This document shows positions 8,646 to 17,048 of a stretch of 34,888 nt of DNA, in pieces. The DNA comes from a bacterium (GTDB lineage: Bacteria > RBG-13-61-14 > DATKZS01). The first letter of the stretch is position 1; each line of letters begins with the position of its first letter. The stretch lies in NCBI GenBank assembly GCA_046484135.1, contig JAWOBU010000081.1, forward strand, positions 1-34,888. Reading direction: 5' to 3'. A program made the position numbers and the translations under genes. The notes under the pieces are model-generated. The model made no database searches and was not told the origin of the DNA. It saw nothing but the letters and a program-made list of their open reading frames with translations.

Positions 8646-10520
8646 ATGTGCGGGATTTGCGGCGAGTTCCGGAACGATTTCCAGCCGGGCGTGAAAAGGG
8701 AGCTTCTGGAGGAGATGACCTCGCTACTCGCCCATCGGGGGCCGGACGACTCGGGGTGTTATATAGAGGACCCTGCTTTTGCCGGTCTCGGTCAGAGGCG
8801 GCTTTCCATCATAGACATACCCGGCGGTGTCCAGCCCATGCCGAACGAAGACCAAAGTATCTGGCTTTCCTTTAACGGCGAGATTTACAACTTCCGGGAA
8901 CTCAGGGACGAGCTTAAAAAACGCGGACACGTGTTCCGGACCCGCTCGGACACCGAGGTCATAATCCACCAGTACGAGGAAGACGGCATAGACTGCGTAA
9001 AGCGGTTTAACGGCATGTTCGCGTTCGCGCTGTGGGACTCGCGGCAAAAAAGGATGTTCCTCTGCCGCGACCGGATGGGCATAAAGCCGCTCTATTATTA
9101 CTTCCAAGGCCGCCGGCTTGTCTTCTCCTCCGAGGTCCGTTCCCTGCTCGCCGGGCTTTCCGAGATTCCCCCGCTCGATATGTCGAGTTTGTGGGCGTAT
9201 CTCGTCATCCGCTACGTGCCCGCTCCCTACACCCTTTTTACCGGCATCTACAAACTGCCGCCCGCGCATCGGCTGGTTGCGGATCAGCAGGGGGTCAAGA
9301 CGGACTGTTACTGGGAGCTTCCCGAGGACCCGGAGACCGTTCGCGGAAAAGAGGCCGAGGAAGGGCTCATGGAGCTTCTGCAAGACTCGGTTAAGAAGCG
9401 GCTCATCGCTGACGTGCCGCTGGGGGCTTTTCTATCCGGGGGCATAGACTCGACCGCGCTGGTCAGCATCATGCGCGATTACAAGGGCGAGGGCCTCGAG
9501 ACCTTTTCGGTGGACTTCCACGCCGAGAAAGGAGCGGACTATCTCAACGAGACGCCGTGGTCCGAACTCGCCGCCGGGACGTTCCAGACCAACCATCATC
9601 CGCTGACCGTAACCGCCCGCGACGCGGTGGACGCCCTTCCCGCGGTGGTGGACAGGATGGACGACCTCGTGTCCGACCCGGCAATCATACCCACCTACCT
9701 GGTCTCCAGGTTCGCCCGCCAATGGGTCACGGTGGTCCTCTCCGGCGAAGGAGGAGACGAGCTGTTTGCGGGATACCAGCGCTACTCGCTCGGGTACCTG
9801 ACCCGATACTATCAGCACGTGCCGAAGATACTCCGCCGCGTCCTGTTCGAGCTGCCCGCGTCCCGGCTGCCTCACATGCGCAGGATCAAGAAAGGACTTA
9901 CCGCGCTGTCGGGAGCTTCACCCGCGGCGCGGCACCTGGCCTGGCTCATAACGCTCCAGCCGGATGTCTCGGACCGGCTGATAGGCTCCGGCACCCGCGG
10001 CCGCGATCTGGTGGAAGGTATTTTCGAGCCGGACTTTCGAGGCCAGAAAAAGGCCTACGACCTGGACCGGACTCTTCGGGCGGACCTTAAGTCCTGGCTC
10101 CCGGACGACCTTCTCACCAAGGTGGACCGGGCCAGCATGGCGGTAGGTCTCGAGACCAGGGTCCCTTTCCTGGACCACCGCCTGGTCGAGTTCGCCATGC
10201 GCATACCCGCGCGGGAGAAGGCTGACTTCTTTCATACCAAGAAGGTGATGAAGCGCGCGGTTGCGGGCCGGGTTCCGCCAGAGATCGTAAAGCGGAAGAA
10301 AGCGGGGTTCGCGCTTCCGCTGGACGAGTGGTTCCGGGGAGAGCTCCGGGAGATGGTGGGGGACCTTCTGAATCCAGACCGGCTGCGCGAGCAGGGCATC
10401 TTTGACGCGGACACGGTGGAGGCCATGCTGGGCGACCACCTTTCCTGCCGGGAGAACCAGGGACACGCCTTGTTCTCGCTTTTGATTTTCCAACTGTGGC
10501 GCGATAGCATTTATCGTTGA
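8646..10520 (+). CDS. asnB: Asparagine synthase (glutamine-hydrolysing) family amidotransferase
   Basis: Ntn N-terminus MCGICG fixes the start at 8646; HRGPD, RRLSIID, NGEIYN, LSGGIDS, SGEGGDELFAGY and RVPFLDH. Confidence 0.95.
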   Translation: MCGICGEFRNDFQPGVKRELLEEMTSLLAHRGPDDSGCYIEDPAFAGLGQRRLSIIDIPGGVQPMPNEDQSIWLSFNGEIYNFRELRDELKKRGHVFRTRSDTEVIIHQYEEDGIDCVKRFNGMFAFALWDSRQKRMFLCRDRMGIKPLYYYFQGRRLVFSSEVRSLLAGLSEIPPLDMSSLWAYLVIRYVPAPYTLFTGIYKLPPAHRLVADQQGVKTDCYWELPEDPETVRGKEAEEGLMELLQDSVKKRLIADVPLGAFLSGGIDSTALVSIMRDYKGEGLETFSVDFHAEKGADYLNETPWSELAAGTFQTNHHPLTVTARDAVDALPAVVDRMDDLVSDPAIIPTYLVSRFARQWVTVVLSGEGGDELFAGYQRYSLGYLTRYYQHVPKILRRVLFELPASRLPHMRRIKKGLTALSGASPAARHLAWLITLQPDVSDRLIGSGTRGRDLVEGIFEPDFRGQKKAYDLDRTLRADLKSWLPDDLLTKVDRASMAVGLETRVPFLDHRLVEFAMRIPAREKADFFHTKKVMKRAVAGRVPPEIVKRKKAGFALPLDEWFRGELREMVGDLLNPDRLREQGIFDADTVEAMLGDHLSCRENQGHALFSLLIFQLWRDSIYR

Positions 10521-11560
10521 TGCTCTCCTGGCTCGGCATACTCACGGTGATGCTTTCCGGGGCGCTGGCCCTTTACCTCACTCCCCTGGCCATCCGGGCG
10601 GCCCGTACCTGGGGCATCGTGGCCCGACCGGACGGAGGATTGCGCGACCATGCAGACGCGGTTCCTTACCTGGGCGGGCTGGCCATGTACCTGGCCCTTC
10701 TTCTGTCCCTTGTTTTCGTAGTTGATTTCACGCCACATCTTATGGGACTCCTTTTCGGGGGAACCATCATACTCATGGTTGGGCTTATTGACGACTTCGG
10801 GGCCATGACCCCGAGGGTGAAGCTTTTCGGCCAGGTCATAGCGGTGTTGGCCCTGATCAAGGGAGGGGTCTACTTAAAGCTGGTCATATTCGACTTCCGC
10901 TGGCCGCTTGAGCTTCCCCTGTTTCCCTGGGTGTTGTCAGCAGTATGGCTGGTGGGTATGGCCAACGCGCTTAACTTCCTGGACATAGAGGACGGCCTGG
11001 CCGGCGGTGTTGCCGCGTGTTGTTGTCCTGCGCTGTTCACGGTTGCGTGGCTGAACGGACAGCCGGAGACAGCGCTCTTTATCGCCGGGATTTTCGGGGC
11101 CACCGCCGGCTTTTTACGCTACAACCTTCCCTTTCCCAAGGCCCGCGTGTACATGGGAGACGCAGGAAGTCTCTTTCTAGGACTTTCCCTGGGTGCACTG
11201 GCCATGATCGGCAGCTATACTGAGAAAAACGACCTGGCCGCGGTGTGCCCGGCCATCATCCTGGGGGTCCCCTGCTTCGAGCTCATGGTGGTGGTGGTGG
11301 CGCGGTTGCGCAAAGGCATTCCCATCTGGTACGGGTCGCGCGACCACGTCAGCAAGCGGCTGGTAGAGGCCGGGCTTTCCAAGCGGGCTTCTCTCTACCT
11401 CCATTGCGGAACGAGCCTTCTCCTGGGAGGGCTGGCCATCTTCATTATGAACACGAACATAAAAAACGCGCTGATAGCAGTCTCCGGCCTCGCGGCAGTG
11501 GCCCTTCCGGCTTTCTTCCTGATCCTGAGAATAAAAATGGAAGAGCCGGGACAAGAGTAG
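10520..11560 (+). CDS. WecA/TagO-like polyprenyl-phosphate GlcNAc-1-phosphate transferase (MraY/glycosyl transferase family 4)
   Basis: Multi-TM protein with PYLGGLA, GLIDD, NALNFLDIEDGL and YMGDAGS; coupled to asnB through TGATG. Confidence 0.9.
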   Translation: MLSWLGILTVMLSGALALYLTPLAIRAARTWGIVARPDGGLRDHADAVPYLGGLAMYLALLLSLVFVVDFTPHLMGLLFGGTIILMVGLIDDFGAMTPRVKLFGQVIAVLALIKGGVYLKLVIFDFRWPLELPLFPWVLSAVWLVGMANALNFLDIEDGLAGGVAACCCPALFTVAWLNGQPETALFIAGIFGATAGFLRYNLPFPKARVYMGDAGSLFLGLSLGALAMIGSYTEKNDLAAVCPAIILGVPCFELMVVVVARLRKGIPIWYGSRDHVSKRLVEAGLSKRASLYLHCGTSLLLGGLAIFIMNTNIKNALIAVSGLAAVALPAFFLILRIKMEEPGQE

Positions 11561-11590
11561 AGAGAGTAATGGTTCTTAAGGGTGGTCTGC

Positions 11591-11613
11591 ATCGCGACTG
11601 AAGTCGCTCGCAC
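11591..11613 (-). repeat. Single REP-like palindrome
   Basis: Minus strand GTGCGAGCGACTTCAGTCGCGAT with a GCGACT/AGTCGC stem; intergenic; related copies at 15214-15251. Confidence 0.7.
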
Positions 11614-11638
11614 AAAACGGGGGTTATTTTTTATTACG

Positions 11639-13537
11639 ATGAAAAGAAGGATCATAATCGAAGTCATGGTGGGAATGCTCCTGGCGGGGGTGTTCTTTTA
11701 CTGGCTTTATATAAGGCCCATGGAACGGCGGGAGATACTTCCCATAAACGACAGCCGGGTGGGAAAGAGCATTGTCACAAACCGGCACAAGGTGCTCGTG
11801 ATCGGCGTCAGCGGCATGAGCTGGGACATTGCCATGGACCTCGCGAACGACGGCCGGATGCCCAACCTGGCCCGGATGATACGACACGGAAGCCACGGGG
11901 CAATCGAAGCCACTCCACCGCTCATCTCCCCATCGCTCTGGAACAACCTGGCAACCGGCAGAAAAAGAAAAGACCACGGCATAGTCAACTACTCTACTAA
12001 GATACCCTTCAAGTACCAGGAGGTGCGCATGACCGGCCGGTTCCGGAAAGTTCCCGCGATTTGGGACATAGCCGAGTTCGCAGGCCGCAACGTGGGGCTT
12101 ATAAACTGGAGCACGGTGGCCGAGGCGCCCGGACTTAAAGACTCGGTGGTAATCGCCGAAGGGTTCGAGCCGGACAGTACCTCCGGCAAGGTGCATCCAG
12201 AGGAGTGGACCGAAAAGGCGCTCTCGGCACCGGTGCCACGCTTTCTGCCCTATGAAAAACTGATCGGGAAGACAAACGACAAAAGGATCAAAAACGCCTA
12301 TCACACCGACCGCAAGGTCTTCTCCATGGCGTATGAAGTGATGCGCGAGAAAAAGCCTGACCTCATGATGGTGCACTTCCAGAACCCGGAGATGGTCTCC
12401 CAGATATTCTACAAGTACGCGAGGCCTTACTCGCTCGACCATTACGAGCCGGTCTCCGACGAAGAAAGGGACAGGTACAAGGACGTGCTCGATATGCACT
12501 ACGAGTTCACGGACCGGTTGATCGGAGGCCTGCTCAGCCTCTCCGATCAATACACCGTGATAGTGGTCTCCGAGCACGGGCTTTCGCCGTCCTTCCCTCC
12601 TCACAACATATTCCCCGATCTTAACCTGCTCATGGAAAGGATGGGATACCTCGACTACTACGGGGTAACCTGCGAGGAAATCCTGAAGAACATGATGGAG
12701 CGAGGAGAGTTAAAAGTGCCCTCCCCTGCCTCCGCCAACATCTTCGGAATGTGCCAGCAGCTTTCCAACAGAACCGAAGAATGGATCGCGGACGGCGCTT
12801 CCCGGATGGAGCCCGCGGCGGTAGAGGCTTACCTGGGGGTACACTTCGATCTCGCCGAGCCCTCCTCCGAAAAAGAGAAAAAGCGAAGACAGAAAGAGAT
12901 GGTCCTCTTGTCCGATAAGCTCCTGCCCCCCCGGAAGCGGCAGGAGATAAGATGGGACCGGACCAGGGTGTGGAACATCCGGGACTTTGAAAAAGAGCTC
13001 CAGGGTCTTTACATAAACCTGGAAGGAAGGGAGCCGCAAGGGACGGTGCCGCACGAGAGCTTCCACTCCTTCCGGAAAAAGGTGATAAAAGAGCTCAGAA
13101 GTTTGCGCACCGACCAAGGCAGGCGGCTCTTCCAAAAAGTGAAGGCCAATCATGATAAGGGCAAAACTCCCATGACCAGGGCGGACACACCCGACATCCT
13201 GGTAAAGTTCGACCGGGAGGCCCTGTTCCACGACTACGCACTCGAAAAGGCCGACGATCCGGACCCCATACCCCTGCCGGCCATACGATGGGTGTACAGC
13301 GACGTGTCAGCTCTGCCGTCCCCCGAGGGACTTATCGCAATATCCGGGGAAAACGCGAGCACCTTCAAGCATGTGGACATGGAAGGCATGGACTTCCTTC
13401 CCACCCTGCTGTGGCTCATGGGAATGCCGGTAGGAGCGGACATGCCCGGCGAGGTCAAAAAAGAGGCCTTTGACAAAAGCATCCGGAACCGCAAAGCGCT
13501 CTACATCGAGTCGTGGGACCGAGTGCTCCGTAAATAG
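11639..13537 (+). CDS. Membrane-anchored alkaline phosphatase superfamily (type I phosphodiesterase/NPP-like) protein with degenerate active site
   Basis: N-terminal TM segment; KVLVIGVSG, MPNLARM, SPSLWNNLATG...HGI, VIVVSEHG, LYINLEGREPQG, PDILV and DFLPTLL. Start set at ATG 11639. Confidence 0.82.
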   Translation: MKRRIIIEVMVGMLLAGVFFYWLYIRPMERREILPINDSRVGKSIVTNRHKVLVIGVSGMSWDIAMDLANDGRMPNLARMIRHGSHGAIEATPPLISPSLWNNLATGRKRKDHGIVNYSTKIPFKYQEVRMTGRFRKVPAIWDIAEFAGRNVGLINWSTVAEAPGLKDSVVIAEGFEPDSTSGKVHPEEWTEKALSAPVPRFLPYEKLIGKTNDKRIKNAYHTDRKVFSMAYEVMREKKPDLMMVHFQNPEMVSQIFYKYARPYSLDHYEPVSDEERDRYKDVLDMHYEFTDRLIGGLLSLSDQYTVIVVSEHGLSPSFPPHNIFPDLNLLMERMGYLDYYGVTCEEILKNMMERGELKVPSPASANIFGMCQQLSNRTEEWIADGASRMEPAAVEAYLGVHFDLAEPSSEKEKKRRQKEMVLLSDKLLPPRKRQEIRWDRTRVWNIRDFEKELQGLYINLEGREPQGTVPHESFHSFRKKVIKELRSLRTDQGRRLFQKVKANHDKGKTPMTRADTPDILVKFDREALFHDYALEKADDPDPIPLPAIRWVYSDVSALPSPEGLIAISGENASTFKHVDMEGMDFLPTLLWLMGMPVGADMPGEVKKEAFDKSIRNRKALYIESWDRVLRK

Positions 13538-13538
13538 A

Positions 13539-14408
13539 CTAAAAAGGGAGGGTATAGCCGGGCGCGAGCTCGAAGCTCATGTTAAAGGGGTTTGTCTCTT
13601 CCGCAGGCTCCGCACGCACGCTTCCCTCGCTGATCAGCTTTTCCAGGTGGGCCCAGGCAGTGCCTGCCGCGGCCATCTCCAGGCCGGGATGGATCAGACC
13701 CTGGTACATGGACTTGACCAGGCCGTTAAGCCCGAGCTTCTCTTGGGCCAGGCACTTCAATATGCACACCTCCCGCAGCTCCCGGTGCTCGATAAGCTCG
13801 TTTATCCGCTCCTCCGGCCGGTCCACTACCGGCCCGTGGCCCGGCAGTATCTTCTTCACTCCAAGCGTCTTGACCCGGTGAAGCGATGCCATGTACTTTT
13901 CCATGTTTCCTTCCGGAGGAGCAACCAGGGTGGAACCGGCTCCGGTTATCAGATCACCGGTAAAAAGAACCTCGCTCGTTTCCTGGAGGAGCACGATATG
14001 GCCGGGAGCGTGCCCGGGCGTGTCCAGGACTTGCAGCACCGTGCCCCCGGCTTCCAACCGGTCCGGCTCGCTCACGTAACCGGCCGGCCGGCACTCCGGG
14101 AACCTCCGCTCCAGGGATGGCTCGTCCGCGGGATGGACGTACACCGGGGCGCCGGTGGCCTGCCGCAGCCTTCGGGCGCCCCCGGCGTGGTCTATATGGG
14201 CGTGGGTCAAAACGATCATGGACACCCGGGCCCGGCCCACGCTTTCCACTACCAGCTTGACATGGTCCGCCCGGTCGTATCCGGAATCTATCAGCAGGCA
14301 GGGATCAGCCCCAACCAGGTAGATATTGGGGCTCTCCCACGCCGAGCCCTGCTCCTGCTCCGGCGTGATCCTGTAAACACCTTCTGCTACTTTTTCAAAC
14401 CCTTCCAT
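13539..14408 (-). CDS. MBL-fold metallo-hydrolase (LACTB2-like, probable C-terminal winged helix)
   Basis: THAHIDH (HxHxDH), TPGHAPGH, FTGD, PGHG, and C-terminal AHLEKLISEG. Confidence 0.9.
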   Translation of the reverse strand: MEGFEKVAEGVYRITPEQEQGSAWESPNIYLVGADPCLLIDSGYDRADHVKLVVESVGRARVSMIVLTHAHIDHAGGARRLRQATGAPVYVHPADEPSLERRFPECRPAGYVSEPDRLEAGGTVLQVLDTPGHAPGHIVLLQETSEVLFTGDLITGAGSTLVAPPEGNMEKYMASLHRVKTLGVKKILPGHGPVVDRPEERINELIEHRELREVCILKCLAQEKLGLNGLVKSMYQGLIHPGLEMAAAGTAWAHLEKLISEGSVRAEPAEETNPFNMSFELAPGYTLPF

Positions 14409-14642
14409 AAGTAGAAAGCACTCCCTTTCTTTGCCTGCCCCTCCATTTTAAAGATAATGCCGCTTGATTCAATAAGTACGCCCGAAATGGAGTTTCCCCA
14501 AAATTCCTCGTTTAACTCTCTCGTCCTCTTTGAAAACGCACAGATGCCTCGGGGCCAAAGTGAAAATGGAAAAACGCATAAGCTGCCGGGACGTGCATTA
14601 ACGGCGGACTTTGGTGTAGGGCATGACTCCTTTCCGGAAGCC

Positions 14643-14888
14643 GGCCCGCACAACCCCCGCAAGATGGCTCGCACAACTTCCGGACGATGGCCCACACAAC
14701 TTGTTGTGTGGGTGATTGAAGATAATGGGAGAATGCGCTTCGTTTGGTGAAGTATATGAAGAAGGCCGGGTTGTTTGATGATGAGGGAGGCGGGGGGAAT
14801 TTTTTTTACAATGTACCTGCAGACCCACTTCGTGAGTCTGCCCACACAACGAGTTGTGCGGGCTATCCGGATGGCCGAGTTGTGGGCC
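14643..14888. repeat. Array of GGCYCRCACAAC boxes in direct and inverted orientation
   Basis: Direct copies start at 14643, 14666 and 14689 (23-bp period); palindromes at 14690-14713 and 14840-14863; a degenerate inverted copy at 14877-14888. Confidence 0.75.
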
Positions 14889-15213
14889 AGTCAATGGCCG
14901 AGGATGGGCTATCATGGTGGCTGAGTGGTTCAATCCATTTGACAAAGAGTTGTATGTTCCCCGATCGGAAACAAAGCCAAATGTCCTGCTTGCCGGCGAC
15001 GCTTATGGAGGGACTGACCGGTCATAAAAAATGTGGAAACTTCACTTACGCCCGAGAAGGTTTTTAAAAGCAGAGGAGGAAAGACGCGGCTTTCTTTTGC
15101 ACTGGCCTTTTACAACTTCTCTACCCCGGCGGCAGAGCTTTTCCGCTTTGATTTGTTTTTTATCCGTGTTATTATTCATCTTGTGTCTTGTCAGGCTTGA
15201 AATGATGGCTGCT

Positions 15214-15251
15214 GTGCGGGCGACGGAAGTCGCGACTAAAGCCGCTCGCAC
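15214..15251. repeat. REP-like inverted doublet sharing a central TCGCGA
   Basis: GTGCGGGCGACGGAAGTCGCGA overlaps an inverted copy whose reverse complement is GTGCGAGCGGCTTTAGTCGCGA. Confidence 0.72.
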
Positions 15252-15295
15252 GAAAGACATCTATCTTGGAAGCGATGAAAAACGCTTGACAGAGC

Positions 15296-15453
15296 GAGCC
15301 TCTTGCAAAAGTCTGATTATGAAGGTGGTAAGTTAGGCTTTGTATGGTGGGAGCGAGCTCCCTGTCTGCCGTGTCCGGCACAGGCAGGCAGCTCGCGATC
15401 ATCGAGACCTGGAGGTCTCTCCCACTTTTCTCCGCTCTTTTTGCAAGAGGCTC
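15296..15453. mobile_element. 158-bp MITE with perfect 15-bp terminal inverted repeats (TIRs) and 5-bp TSD
   Basis: GAGCCTCTTGCAAAA (15296-15310) and TTTTGCAAGAGGCTC (15439-15453), flanked by AGAGC at 15291-15295 and 15454-15458; no ORF. Confidence 0.88.
15347..15425. repeat. GTGG-headed REP-like doublet inside the MITE, left copy interrupted by a 28-bp hairpin
   Basis: Left copy GTGGGAGCGAGCTC[15361-15388]CAGCTCGCGAT; right copy reverse complement GTGGGAGAGACCTCCAGGTCTCGAT. Confidence 0.8.
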
Positions 15454-15528
15454 AGAGCAGTAGAGTTTTTGCACGTTAACTTGTGCCAGTCTTGAACTCG
15501 TGAACAAATTACAATAAGGAGCGTTTAG

Positions 15529-16929
15529 ATGAGCGGACCTCGCAAACCTTCCCCCAGCAGGGTCATAGTCGTACTGGTTACCATCATCATCCTGGCTTTC
15601 CTCACCGTGTTCGGCATGGCCTGGCTCCAGAAAGCCAGCGCCGTCTCCGATGATACTTACGAGTATCTAGAGCTGTATAACCAGGTGCTCTCGATCGTGG
15701 ACAACGAATACGTGGAAGAGGTGTCGGTAAAGAAGCTGGTTTACGGCGCCATTAACGGGATGCTGGAAGAGCTGGACCCGCACACGGCTTTCCTTCCCAA
15801 GGAGGACTACCAGGAGATGCGGGAGGACATCAGCGGCGAGTTCGGCGGTCTTGGCATCGAGATCGGCATCCGTGACAAGAAGCTTACGGTGATAAGCCCG
15901 ATCGAGGACACCCCGGCCTGGCGCGCCGGCCTGGAGGCGGGGGACGTCATCACTCACATCGAAGGTGAGCCCACCAAGGGCATGAAGCTCCACAAGGCGG
16001 TCCAGAAGATGCGGGGACCGGTGGGCACGGAGATCACCATCAGTGTCATGCGAAAAGAATGGGAGGAGCCTCGTGATTTCACCATCCGGCGGGAGCTCAT
16101 CAAGATCCGGAGCGTAAAGGATGCAAAGCTCATGGACGGGGGCATCGGTTACATCCGGCTTATCACCTTTACCGAGGACACCTCCCGGGACCTTCACAAG
16201 GCCATCGAGAACCTGCAGAAGGAGTCCGACAAGACCATGGAAGGTCTTATCCTGGACATGCGCAATAACCCGGGCGGGCCTTTGAAGCAAGCGGTCAAGG
16301 TGGCGGACATGTTTGTAAAGGAGGGCAAGCTGGTCGAGGTCAAGGGCAGACAGCAGAGCAACACCCTCTACTCCCACAAGTCGGGCACCCTTGAGAAGGA
16401 CCTTCGGCTGTTGGTCCTTATAAACCACCACACCGCCAGCGCCGCGGAGATCGTCTCCGGCACGCTCCAGGACTACGGCAAAGCCGTGCTGCTGGGTTCC
16501 CCTTCCTTTGGAAAAGGATCGGTACAGCAGTTGAAAAATTTAAAGGACGGCTCCGGACTCAAGATAACCACTGCCTATTACTACCTGCCGAGCGGAAGGA
16601 TAATCCAGGAAAAAGGGGTAGAGCCGGACGTAACCGTGCCCGAGCTGAGCCCGGCGGAGCGCAAAGAGCTGAAAGAGTCCGGCAAAGAGCTCCGTAAACA
16701 CTTCCGGGAGAAGGACCTGCAGAAGTTGTACGAGGAAGACGAAGTCAAAGACGGGGACACCGCGGGCCGGCGCTTGAAGGAAGACACTGAGCTCCTTCCG
16801 GACAAGCTGGGGGACGACACGGACGACTATCAGCTCCAAAGGGCGCTGGACCTTTTAAAAAGGCCCGAGCTTTTCCGGCAGGTCCTGGAAAAAAGCGATA
16901 AAGTGGCTGCGGAAAGAAGAAAGAAATAA
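15529..16929 (+). CDS. ctpA: Carboxyl-terminal processing protease (S41A)
   Basis: LDPHT, PDZ loop GEFGGLGIEI, LDMRNNPGG, TASAAEIV (catalytic Ser), FGKGSVQ (catalytic Lys); AAGGAG RBS. Confidence 0.95.
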   Translation: MSGPRKPSPSRVIVVLVTIIILAFLTVFGMAWLQKASAVSDDTYEYLELYNQVLSIVDNEYVEEVSVKKLVYGAINGMLEELDPHTAFLPKEDYQEMREDISGEFGGLGIEIGIRDKKLTVISPIEDTPAWRAGLEAGDVITHIEGEPTKGMKLHKAVQKMRGPVGTEITISVMRKEWEEPRDFTIRRELIKIRSVKDAKLMDGGIGYIRLITFTEDTSRDLHKAIENLQKESDKTMEGLILDMRNNPGGPLKQAVKVADMFVKEGKLVEVKGRQQSNTLYSHKSGTLEKDLRLLVLINHHTASAAEIVSGTLQDYGKAVLLGSPSFGKGSVQQLKNLKDGSGLKITTAYYYLPSGRIIQEKGVEPDVTVPELSPAERKELKESGKELRKHFREKDLQKLYEEDEVKDGDTAGRRLKEDTELLPDKLGDDTDDYQLQRALDLLKRPELFRQVLEKSDKVAAERRKK

Positions 16930-17048
16930 GTATAAGGTCCCCGGCTCTTTTTAGCGGTCCCCGGTTTCAATAAAGCCGGAGCGCTGTGCGCCAAGGTTGA
17001 AGCGGACGCGGCAGGCCTTCCCGAGCGTCCGGCAGTAAGAAGGCCGAC

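Noticed and set aside
14643..14713. CRISPR array interpretation of the CACAAC repeats
   Set aside because: The repeats are about 12 bp with 11-bp spacers, far too short, and there are no cas genes.
14477..15055. 9-bp direct repeat TACGCCCGA as possible insertion boundaries
   Set aside because: A 9-mer repeat is expected by chance in about 1 kb, and there are no adjacent TIRs.
14387..15507. Short ORFs in the 1.1-kb intergenic region
   Set aside because: They overlap each other on both strands, show no recognisable motif, and run through repeats or the MITE. A small gene cannot be fully excluded.
15499..15514. CGTGAACAAATTACA as a CRP box upstream of ctpA
   Set aside because: Half-site spacing is 5 rather than 6 bp, and both half-sites are imperfect.
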